Source of the DNA: Bacteroidales bacterium
GTDB taxonomy: Bacteria; Bacteroidota; Bacteroidia; Bacteroidales; VadinHA17
Reading direction: 5' to 3'
Assembly: GCA_035527935.1 (NCBI GenBank)
Contig: DATKZO010000022.1
Location: 76,666-140,665 of the forward strand
Length of the DNA stretch: 64,000 nt
Part shown: positions 55,847-64,000 of the stretch, one piece after another
Layout: every line of letters starts with the position of its first letter
Numbering within the stretch: position 1 is the first letter of the stretch
Notes under the pieces: model-generated
Told to the model about the DNA's origin: nothing
Seen by the model: only the letters and a program-made list of their open reading frames with translations
Database searches by the model: none
Made by a program: the position numbers and the translations under genes

Positions 55847-58800
55847 TTATTCATTCTTAAAATAAGAAGGACGTTTCCATCTTATCGGTGGTTCAGGTTC
55901 ACTTTTCAATTCAATTCCTTCGGTATCAACAAGTCTCAGGGCTTCTTCTATTGCCCGAAGCAACTGAGGATCATTGCCTTTGGCCTCCTCTGCCGGATCC
56001 TGCAATACATTGATGTCAGGAGCAACACCAACTGCTTCAATAGCCCAGTTGCCATCGGTATCAAAGAATCCTCCCCTTGGAGCAACCATCCTGCCACCGT
56101 CAATAAATCCCGGTGTGTCCCATGTTCCTACCAGACCTCCCCATGTACGGGTTCCGATCAGCGGCCCTATTTCCATCTTTCTGAACAGGTAAGGCATCAG
56201 GTCGCCTCCTGAGCCGGCTCGCTCGTTAATAATCATGACCTTCGGTCCCCATAAGCCCGACATCGGAGTGGTAAAAGGTCGCTTATCACCGGCTTTAGAG
56301 TTGAAATAACCCAACAGGTCCCTGGCCAGAACGTCTACAATATAATCAGCAGCTGACCCGCCACCATTATTCCTTTCATCAATAATAGCACCTTTTTTAT
56401 GTTGCTGTGCGAAATAATATCTGTTGAAGTAATTATAACCACCTCTTCCGGTATTGGGAAGCCAGACATAGGCAAGCTTTCCGTCTGAAAGTTTATCCAC
56501 AAGCTTGCGGTTACTCTCAACCCATTCATCGGTCCTTAAATTGTTTTCACTGGGAATTGGCACTACTGTAACTTCACGGGCATTCTTCCCACCAGGATCA
56601 TCGCCCACGAGGATTACTGTCTGCAAACCTGATGTGCCTTCAAAGAGACGGTAAATATTATCCTCTGCTGTCAGGTCAACACCATTTACAGCGAGCAGGT
56701 AATCACCTTCCTTTATCTTCAGTCCCGGAAGGGCCAGCGGACTATTCGACCTGTAATTCCAGTCTTCGGTGGCATAGATCTTCCTGATCCTGTACCTGCC
56801 GTCTGTCAGTTCATAATCGGCACCCAGCAGGCCAACCGGTACCCTGTCGATATCGGGAAAGTCACCACCCGAGGTATATGAATGTCCGACAGCCACTTCG
56901 CCACCAAGAATATCAATGATATAACTTATTTCCGAACGGTGCTTTACATGATCGACCCAGGGCAGGTACCATTCATAGATATCGTCCCATGGTGCACCAT
57001 GGACATTATCAACATAAAGAAAATCACGCTGGAACCTCCAGCCCTCCCTGTAGATCTGCCTCCACTCTTGTTTTGGGTTGATCTGCAGTTTCATCGAGGA
57101 AAGCGACAGGTTCCCGTCACCACTTTTCTTTGTAGCATCTTTTGTGGGCACAATGCCCCATGTATCACGGCTACGATATAACAGTCCGGAGCCATCCTGT
57201 GACGTTACAGCAAAATTTACTCCCGTCATGTATTCCTTTGTTTCCTTTTTCTCCAGGTCATATTTGTGGATTGTTGAGCCCTGCGTGCCCCGCACCTGTT
57301 CCAGGACAAAAATTGTGTTCTCAGTGCCGGCCAGCAAGCCTGAATAAGATCTTTCAGGCATGTCAATGGCAATTATCCTGCGGGATAGATTATCTGGATC
57401 GATTACAACCCTCAATTCTTTTTCAGGCTCGGCTGCCTCTTCATCATTCCCTTTGGATGACTTTTTGCTTTTGGCTTCCGGCTGCGATTTTTCATCCTCC
57501 TCAACTTCTTCCTCGTCACTTTCAGGCAGGTAGGGTGAAGCAAGATCCTTATTCAGGAGTATCATATATACCCCTCTGGTGGTTACAATATCGTATGAGC
57601 TCATGTCGAGCCATCCGGTTCCCAGGCCATAATTGGTACTGGCGAGGAAGTAAATATATTTTCCTGACGGGTCCCATACCGGGCTGATCGCGTCGGCCAT
57701 GCCATCGGTCAGCTGGTGCTTTACTCCCGTTTCAATATTATAGGTCATAACAGCCTTAAACTGATTATCAAGCAATCGTACATAAAGGATCCATTTACTG
57801 TCTGGAGACCACACAGGGTTCAAAGTCCTGTTTGGATGGGCATACCGGTCGGTATCAACCTTTTTGGAGACACCGGTTTCCACATCTGCATACCAGAGAT
57901 TATAATGGGTGTCAGTATATGCTATGTATTTTCCATCCGGGGACCATGCCGGTTTAAAGAAGAAAGAGGGATCAGGTAAGATGATCTCTTTTGGATCTGC
58001 GAGGCCCTCCTGTTCACTGATCATGAGGCTATATTCACCACTCCGGTCACTGAACCAGGCTATCTTATCTCCTTTCGGTGACCATGCGGGGTACCTGTCA
58101 GCAGACCCTGGTGATCTGGTAATATTTCTCCAGCTTCCCTTTTCGGCCGGAACGGTAAAAATATCACCCCTGTATTCAAAAATTGCTCTTTTGCCGGATG
58201 GAGACAAACCGGCATTGATAAGGCTGCCTGCATTAATGTTTTCCCACCTTTCCCTTGCCCAGTGGAAGTCTCCTTTCACATTTATCTCAAGTGTCCGTTG
58301 TTCATTATTTGCGGTTTTGAGTAAATGAAGGTGGCCACCCTGTTCATATACTATCATATCATCGTTTGCATCAAGTGATTTTACATCAAAATCTGCATGG
58401 AAAGTATGTTGCCTAAGCTCGTTATTAGTAATATCGAAAGACCAGATATTTGAAGCATAATCCCTCTCCGAAAGGAAAAACACCTTATTATCTACCCATA
58501 CAGGATCCATATGTCTTTCATTATCAGTCCTTGGTGTCTGCACCAGCGAAAGGGTTTCAAGGTCGACAATCCAGATAGGCTGAGCCTGTCCGCCACGGTG
58601 ATTCCTCCATTCAGGATCCCAGAAAGTGATCGGGGTATAGGCAAGGTGAGTACCATCAGCGGATACTTCTCCGTAGGCTGCCCTAACAACCGGGAGTGGT
58701 GAAACAGCTCCTCCATCAATGCTAATTGAGTAGAGCCTGTTTGTCTGTGTCGGCCTGCTTTCCCTTCCAGACCTGAATATAATGTTCCTGTTATCGGGCA

Positions 58801-59137
58801 TCCAGCCCTGGACATTATCCGATCCGGGATGGTAAGTGAGTCGGGCAGGTTCTCCTCCTTCGACCGGAATAACATAGACATCCGTGTTTCCATCATACTG
58901 ACCTGTGAAAGCAATCCAGTTGCCATCCGGAGAGAAATGAGGGTCGGTCTCAGCACCAACAGAGGAGGTTAACCGATGAGCATCACCGCCATCGATGGAT
59001 GTTATCCACAGATCGTTGGCATATACAAAAACGATATGATCAGAACTGATCGTAGGTTGCCTGAGCAACATTGTACCCTGGCCTGAAACAGATACTGCAG
59101 CAGCCATTATAAAAAGGGTGGTAAATACTGATTTCAT
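55847..59137 (-). CDS. tricorn-type protease (TolB-like beta-propellers + PDZ + S41 peptidase)
   Basis: 1096 aa with a signal peptide. LLRQPTISSDHIVFVYANDLWI...DPHFSPDGNWIAF is typical of tricorn homologues. C-terminal S41 core. Confidence 0.9.
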   Translation of the reverse strand: MKSVFTTLFIMAAAVSVSGQGTMLLRQPTISSDHIVFVYANDLWITSIDGGDAHRLTSSVGAETDPHFSPDGNWIAFTGQYDGNTDVYVIPVEGGEPARLTYHPGSDNVQGWMPDNRNIIFRSGRESRPTQTNRLYSISIDGGAVSPLPVVRAAYGEVSADGTHLAYTPITFWDPEWRNHRGGQAQPIWIVDLETLSLVQTPRTDNERHMDPVWVDNKVFFLSERDYASNIWSFDITNNELRQHTFHADFDVKSLDANDDMIVYEQGGHLHLLKTANNEQRTLEINVKGDFHWARERWENINAGSLINAGLSPSGKRAIFEYRGDIFTVPAEKGSWRNITRSPGSADRYPAWSPKGDKIAWFSDRSGEYSLMISEQEGLADPKEIILPDPSFFFKPAWSPDGKYIAYTDTHYNLWYADVETGVSKKVDTDRYAHPNRTLNPVWSPDSKWILYVRLLDNQFKAVMTYNIETGVKHQLTDGMADAISPVWDPSGKYIYFLASTNYGLGTGWLDMSSYDIVTTRGVYMILLNKDLASPYLPESDEEEVEEDEKSQPEAKSKKSSKGNDEEAAEPEKELRVVIDPDNLSRRIIAIDMPERSYSGLLAGTENTIFVLEQVRGTQGSTIHKYDLEKKETKEYMTGVNFAVTSQDGSGLLYRSRDTWGIVPTKDATKKSGDGNLSLSSMKLQINPKQEWRQIYREGWRFQRDFLYVDNVHGAPWDDIYEWYLPWVDHVKHRSEISYIIDILGGEVAVGHSYTSGGDFPDIDRVPVGLLGADYELTDGRYRIRKIYATEDWNYRSNSPLALPGLKIKEGDYLLAVNGVDLTAEDNIYRLFEGTSGLQTVILVGDDPGGKNAREVTVVPIPSENNLRTDEWVESNRKLVDKLSDGKLAYVWLPNTGRGGYNYFNRYYFAQQHKKGAIIDERNNGGGSAADYIVDVLARDLLGYFNSKAGDKRPFTTPMSGLWGPKVMIINERAGSGGDLMPYLFRKMEIGPLIGTRTWGGLVGTWDTPGFIDGGRMVAPRGGFFDTDGNWAIEAVGVAPDINVLQDPAEEAKGNDPQLLRAIEEALRLVDTEGIELKSEPEPPIRWKRPSYFKNE

Positions 59138-59290
59138 GATCGACTAAGTTTTATATAAGAAGAAATAAATGTAGTAATAATTCCCCTTGGCTCTAATTCT
59201 AAATAAAATATGTCAGTTATTATGTTGATTGTCAGACCTCCGGTTGAAAAAAAATCTTAGCTAATCAGAACAACCCTAAAATTTGAAACA

Positions 59291-59531
59291 ATGACAATAG
59301 CTTTTCTTACCCTTTTTGCTTTTGTCGGAACACTATCCATACTTGCTCAGATACTCGACGGGTTTTAACTACCTGGCTGCAATCCGTGACATTACGGGGA
59401 CTATACTACCTGACACCGGTATAACAGTGAGGCTGGGGATAATTACCGACGGGGCAATCCCGGCTACTGTCCGGGAGGCGGAATATCCGGTTACTCAGAA
59501 TGCGATCGGGCATATCCTGCATCTAAGATAG
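59291..59531 (+). pseudogene. frameshifted, truncated remnant of a secreted-protein gene (signal peptide + one FNYQAVIRD-type module)
   Basis: 59291-59368 encodes MTIAFLTLFAFVGTLSILAQILDGF-stop. The +1 frame continues NYLAAIRDITGTILPDTGITVRLGIITDG...TQNAIGHILHLR-stop at 59531. Confidence 0.55.
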
Positions 59532-59621
59532 CGGAAGCTATTTGTATTGAAGGAGAAGGTTCCTTAACATAGAGTTTTACAACGCCCCGTATTGCAGGAC
59601 GTCATAAGCTAAACTGATTTA

Positions 59622-60743
59622 TTATTTGCTGTTGGTACGCCTGGAGCAGTAGGGCAGGTGATACTCGCTATCTTCGGAAATGAAATCTTTTTCCACGCAC
59701 TCGCTTGGATCACAGCATGTAACACAGGATCTTTTATAAGTGGAAAAATCTATCAGCTCCACATCAGGTGCAAGAAATCCGTACTTGACGGGCTCATCCC
59801 TCATAAGGTCGGTACTGAGATACTTTTTATTATCATCTGAAAAGATCGTAGCGACGACAGCATCCTCACCAAGAGTATTCTGGAGATGGACTGCTCCCAG
59901 AAAATTAGCTCCGGAAGAAATTCCCACGGCTAACCCAAGCTGTGACGCAAGCTTCTGTGCCATAATAATTGAATCGCCATCATCTATTGCAACCACATCG
60001 TCAAGTTTGTCAAGGTCGACAATTGGTGGAATGAACTCATCCGAGATACCCTGGATCCTGTGCTTGCCCACCTTGTTTCCGGTCGACATAGTGGGCGAAT
60101 TGGCAGGTTCAAGCGGACTAACCTTTACCCCGGGATTCTTTTCCCTGAGGAATCTTCCCACTCCCATTACCGTCCCGCCTGTTCCTACCCCGGCAACGAA
60201 TGCATCAATATCAATATCCCGGATCTTTAATTGCCAGTATATTTCAGGTCCCGTTGTGGAATAGTGAGCTTCGGTATTAAATTCATTTGAAAACTGGTGA
60301 GGGAGGAATCCCCCTTCAGTCTCTGATGCAAGCCTATCAGCAAGTGAGATGCTGCCAAGGAACCCTCCCTGTTCTTTTGAGACAAGGTTTATAGTTGCCC
60401 CCAGGCTCTTAATGAGGTTGATCCTTTCCAGGCTCATCCAGTCGGGCATGAAAATAGTCACCGGATGGCCAAGTGCTTTCCCGACAGCCGAAAAGGCTAT
60501 ACCGGTATTTCCACTTGTTGCTTCAAAAATGGGATCGCCTGGCTTGATCAGCCCCAGCTTATACGACCGGCTGAGAATGTGGAAAGCTATCCTGTCTTTT
60601 ATGCTACCTGTCATGTTCAGGTGCTCTGCCTTGGCATATATCGTTCTCTTTCTTCCCTTGTAAAGATAATTTATGGCAAGCAGGGGTGTGTTACCGATTA
60701 GTGATCCTATCTGTTTAACACGTGAATTGGTCTCTCTATCCAT
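59622..60743 (-). CDS. cysteine synthase (CysK/CysM) family PLP enzyme with Cys-rich C-terminal extension
   Basis: [10 protein letters not shown] (PLP lysine), SGNTG, GVGTGGT, then ~60 extra residues including [10 protein letters not shown]. Confidence 0.85.
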   Translation of the reverse strand: MDRETNSRVKQIGSLIGNTPLLAINYLYKGRKRTIYAKAEHLNMTGSIKDRIAFHILSRSYKLGLIKPGDPIFEATSGNTGIAFSAVGKALGHPVTIFMPDWMSLERINLIKSLGATINLVSKEQGGFLGSISLADRLASETEGGFLPHQFSNEFNTEAHYSTTGPEIYWQLKIRDIDIDAFVAGVGTGGTVMGVGRFLREKNPGVKVSPLEPANSPTMSTGNKVGKHRIQGISDEFIPPIVDLDKLDDVVAIDDGDSIIMAQKLASQLGLAVGISSGANFLGAVHLQNTLGEDAVVATIFSDDNKKYLSTDLMRDEPVKYGFLAPDVELIDFSTYKRSCVTCCDPSECVEKDFISEDSEYHLPYCSRRTNSK

Positions 60744-60784
60744 GCTTCTATATTGATGTTTTTTCAGGTAAGGTTTGGCAGGGG

Positions 60785-60792
60785 CAAAAGTA
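60785..60792 (-). promoter_or_regulatory. candidate -7 promoter box for the cysK-like gene
   Basis: Minus strand TACTTTTG (TAnnTTTG), 42 nt upstream of the ATG. Confidence 0.45.
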
Positions 60793-60853
60793 GAGATTAA
60801 TTCTCAAAATTTGATACTTAAAGACTAAAAATAGTCTTCAAAAATCCTCCTGA

Positions 60854-62308
60854 CTAGTCCCGCATGATAATATCTATTGTTAACCATCCCCTGGCAATTC
60901 TTCGGGCCATTCCTCTGAAGATGAAGAAGTGGAATGGCATTAGCATAAACCAGTAGAACCTTCCGAATATGCCTTTTGGCCGGTAGGTAGCTACCTGCCT
61001 GAATGTATTATCATTAATGATTGAAAATTCAAGCCATGCCTCTCCCGGAAGCTTCATCTCTGCATATAACAAAAGTCTTTTTTTATCCTCGTCAGCAAGC
61101 AGAACCCTCCAGAAATCCAGGGCATCACCAGCATGCAGATCATGAACATTTGTTCTGCCTCGCCTGAGCCCCACACCACCTGATAGCTTGTCAAGGAGCC
61201 CGCGTATCTTCCATATCCATGTTCCGTAATACCACCCCGTTTCGCCTCCTATCGACCAGATCCTTGATTGGACAGCTTCAACATCAGTCATTTTCTCAAC
61301 CCTTACATCCCTGTAAACACCGTACTGAGGCACCTGTATAAACTCATGCAGCTCTTTCTGAAGCCGGCCACTTATCATCGAATCCTTCCATGTTGATTCA
61401 ACAATGTTCTGCTCGATCATTGAAAAGGCCCGTTCAATAGCTTTCTTGTATGGAATAGGTTCAATGTTAAACTTCTTTGCCAGGTCGTTAGGCCTGCCGA
61501 TCACCTCGACTTTCATACTGTCGACCAGGCTGGCAGCCAGTTTGTACGATACGGCAGTTGTAATATACAGGAAGGCTGATGAGAGGTAAGGTGACATTAC
61601 AGGAAGGGGTATTATATACCTCTTTAATCCCCTCACTTCGGCATACTGCAATAACATCTCCTTGTATGTCAATATATCGGGACCTCCAATATCAAAACTC
61701 TGATTATAGCAATCCTCACAAAACAGAACATTCAGGAGATAGAGTAACACATTTCTGATAGCAATGGGTTGTGATTTTGTGAGTGCCCACTTGGGGGCCA
61801 GCATGACAGGTAGTTTTTCAGTAAGATCCCTTACAATCTCAAATGAAGCACTGCCCGAACCAACAATTATTCCGGCCCGGAGCACAGTAAAGTTATAATT
61901 CCCTGTTGCGAGTATATCCTCAACATTCTTGCGTGACTGAAGATGCCTTGACAACTCTTCATCGTTAACGATACCACTCAGATATACCACATGCCTGACA
62001 TTGGTCCTGTTCATGTACTCCTTGAAATTAAGGGCGGTTCTTGCCTCCATCTCACTGAAGTTCGTGATCGACTGCGACATTGAGTGGATCAGGTAGTAAG
62101 CACCATCAATATCCTTTGGGAGGCTATCAGGGTCAGGAGGGGAGAGAAAATCAATTTCCAGAAAACTTACCTTCTCATATATTGCCACCGGAAGAGAGAT
62201 CCTTTCAATATCCCGGGCACAGCAGATCACATCATATCCTTTGTCAACAAGTATATGAACAAGTCGTTTACCAATGTATCCTGTTATTCCCGTCAGTAAT
62301 ATCTTCAT
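60854..62308 (-). CDS. NAD(P)-binding atypical SDR fused to a DUF2867-like domain
   Basis: MKILLTGITGYIGKRL Rossmann motif. The C-terminal ~150 aa resembles DUF2867. Confidence 0.8.
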   Translation of the reverse strand: MKILLTGITGYIGKRLVHILVDKGYDVICCARDIERISLPVAIYEKVSFLEIDFLSPPDPDSLPKDIDGAYYLIHSMSQSITNFSEMEARTALNFKEYMNRTNVRHVVYLSGIVNDEELSRHLQSRKNVEDILATGNYNFTVLRAGIIVGSGSASFEIVRDLTEKLPVMLAPKWALTKSQPIAIRNVLLYLLNVLFCEDCYNQSFDIGGPDILTYKEMLLQYAEVRGLKRYIIPLPVMSPYLSSAFLYITTAVSYKLAASLVDSMKVEVIGRPNDLAKKFNIEPIPYKKAIERAFSMIEQNIVESTWKDSMISGRLQKELHEFIQVPQYGVYRDVRVEKMTDVEAVQSRIWSIGGETGWYYGTWIWKIRGLLDKLSGGVGLRRGRTNVHDLHAGDALDFWRVLLADEDKKRLLLYAEMKLPGEAWLEFSIINDNTFRQVATYRPKGIFGRFYWFMLMPFHFFIFRGMARRIARGWLTIDIIMRD

Positions 62309-62405
62309 TGATCCGGCCCTATAAGCAGTTTATTCAATTTGCCCGGGTCGACACGAAACTAATAATTATTTCACCTTGGATCAAGAAAGTGATTTATATG
62401 CTCCT

Positions 62406-63890
62406 CTAAAGAACATACCCCAGAATAAGGTATAAAACTGCCGTAACCGCTCCCGCAGTTAATGCATAGGGTAGTTGGGTTTTTACATGGTCGATATGGT
62501 CACTTGCTGAAGCCATTGAAGAGATGATGGTTGTATCGGAAATGGGTGAGCAATGGTCACCGAATACTCCTCCTCCAAGGGCTGCTGCTACGGCAAGGTA
62601 AATATTCGTATCAAGTGTTTGGGCTACCGGAACTGCAATAGAGATCATAATTGCGAATGTCCCCCATGATGTTCCCGTGGAAAAAGCAATAAAACAACTT
62701 ACAAGAAAAATAATGAATGGTACCAGGTGTGGAGAAAGCCACTTTTCGGAGACAGTTGCTACATAGATGCCGGTTCCAAGTTCATTACATAGATTACCGA
62801 TAGCGAAGGCCATTACCATAAGTATCGCAAGAGTGATCATCCCTGACATTCCTTTTAAAGTAAGGTTGAACAGTTCGCCAACAGTAAATATTCCCTGGAT
62901 AAGATACATTACTGCACTGACAATTAATGACATTAAAACGGAATATAGTACTGATGCCGATCCTGAAGAGTTGCCCAAAGCGTTTATAATATGGTCAGAA
63001 AGTGATCCCGTTTCTGCTACGGCCACTTTATCCCATCCGGTACAGATAAGCATCAATGGCATCGAAAATACCATTATCCCAATTGGGACGATCATATTAA
63101 AAGTTCTTGCCTTTATCCCTGGGTTCTTCTTCATAAAGGTGATCTCGGATGATACCATTGGGGTTGCATTATCACCAATTACTTTACCCTGGTTCATGGC
63201 CCGGTCTTCTGCTTTACGCATAGGCCCGAAATCCTTTCCTGTCAGAACAATTATGAAAACCATAATTATTACCAGGAGAGGATAGAAATTAAAGGGTATT
63301 GACCTGATCATAAGTGTGAACGGCTGGTCTATTCCCTGCAACAGAAGGAGTCCCATTATAAAACCACCCCATGCGTTCAGCGGGATCAGGATGCTGGAAG
63401 GTGCAGAGGTGGAATCAGCCAGGTAGGCCAGCTTCTCTCTTGAAATCCATAATTTATCTGTCAGCGGCCTGTATATTGCACCTACCGTCAGAACTGAAAT
63501 ATTCGATTCGACAAATATTACTAGGCCGGTGATAGCAGCCAGCAACTGGATCCGGACTCTGAGAAAACCGGAACTGGTGCCATTTACTGTTTCAATACTC
63601 CCTGTAACTCTCTTAATAAATCCTTCAACTCCTCCGGATTTTTGAATGAATGCAATCAGGGAACCAATAAAAAGTGTAAAAAGGATAGTTTGTGTACTGC
63701 TCTCATTCTTAAATACATCCACTATCCCCTGGATGGTATCTAACAGTCCTGTCAGTGGATTCCAACTGTTAATGATGATCCAGCCAAGCAACAGTCCCGT
63801 CAGCAGGGATAAAATAACCTGCCTGGTTCTTATCGCCATGGCAATAGCGACAACCGGGGGTAAAACTGACCAGAATCCGTAATCTTCCAT
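62406..63890 (-). CDS. NhaC-family Na+/H+ antiporter
   Basis: 494 aa with about 12 TM segments and NhaC-like motifs. Confidence 0.85.
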   Translation of the reverse strand: MEDYGFWSVLPPVVAIAMAIRTRQVILSLLTGLLLGWIIINSWNPLTGLLDTIQGIVDVFKNESSTQTILFTLFIGSLIAFIQKSGGVEGFIKRVTGSIETVNGTSSGFLRVRIQLLAAITGLVIFVESNISVLTVGAIYRPLTDKLWISREKLAYLADSTSAPSSILIPLNAWGGFIMGLLLLQGIDQPFTLMIRSIPFNFYPLLVIIMVFIIVLTGKDFGPMRKAEDRAMNQGKVIGDNATPMVSSEITFMKKNPGIKARTFNMIVPIGIMVFSMPLMLICTGWDKVAVAETGSLSDHIINALGNSSGSASVLYSVLMSLIVSAVMYLIQGIFTVGELFNLTLKGMSGMITLAILMVMAFAIGNLCNELGTGIYVATVSEKWLSPHLVPFIIFLVSCFIAFSTGTSWGTFAIMISIAVPVAQTLDTNIYLAVAAALGGGVFGDHCSPISDTTIISSMASASDHIDHVKTQLPYALTAGAVTAVLYLILGYVL

Positions 63891-64000
63891 GCTATTGGCA
63901 GAGGATTTGAATATGGAAAATAAGAAAAAGCATTGGTATTAAGGGAAAAAAGGCCAACTTTATTATTTTGCAATCATTAATGAAAGCTAAAAAAATGGAT

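Noticed and set aside
59316-59531. 71-aa ORF treated as an independent gene
   Set aside because: Its first ~18 residues are out-of-frame translation of the signal-peptide region. Only the part from GFNY onward resembles a known module, so it is interpreted as the +1 continuation of 59291-59368.
59740-60264. 174-aa ORF antisense to the cysK-like gene; similar antisense ORFs lie at 62767-63285, 25619-26143 and 30809-31261
   Set aside because: All lie within confidently assigned genes on the other strand, and none shows motifs.
1-64000. CRISPR arrays, transposases, integrases, phage genes, restriction-modification, toxin-antitoxin or other known defence modules
   Set aside because: I scanned all ORF translations and intergenic regions. 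The only direct repeats are those listed, none has regular repeat-spacer periodicity, and no mobile or defence protein signatures were recognised.

Overview
AT-rich chromosomal segment that looks Bacteroidota-derived. Support: several TAnnTTTG -7 promoter boxes, almost no Shine-Dalgarno sequences, a TonB-dependent receptor with a CarboxypepD_reg head next to a DUF4249-like lipoprotein, GH97 and GH95 genes, a tricorn-type protease, and purH followed by mreBCD-mrdA-rodA. I call about 48 protein genes, one tRNA-Leu(UAG) and one decayed gene. Most are housekeeping: ruvC, serS, rpmA-rplU, thyA-folA, tig-clpP-clpX, lptB, tatC, recQ, carAB, rsmA, mgtE, purH, the rod-shape cluster, pgi, gpsA and sod. 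I found no CRISPR array, transposase, integrase, phage gene or recognisable defence or toxin-antitoxin system, so no accessory island is evident. Product names come from motif and family recognition by eye; no database search was run. The items most worth a second look are: (1) two unrelated secreted or outer-membrane genes, each interrupted at the same GG-UUU-UAA sequence with the protein continuing in the +1 frame; (2) a ~115-nt GC-rich structured repeat present twice, one copy lying between a predicted promoter and tRNA-Leu; (3) a 1032-aa eukaryote-like ABCG-type transporter with a TerB-like N-terminal module, preceded by a lipoprotein gene and a strong hairpin; (4) ribosomal protein L21 with a ~147-aa Ala/Lys/Pro-rich histone-H1-like tail; (5) a COG2403 / cyclic-2,3-diphosphoglycerate-synthetase-like gene with an unusually strong SD; (6) several GC-rich hairpin islands and small tandem repeats in intergenic DNA. 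All are hypotheses from sequence reading only.
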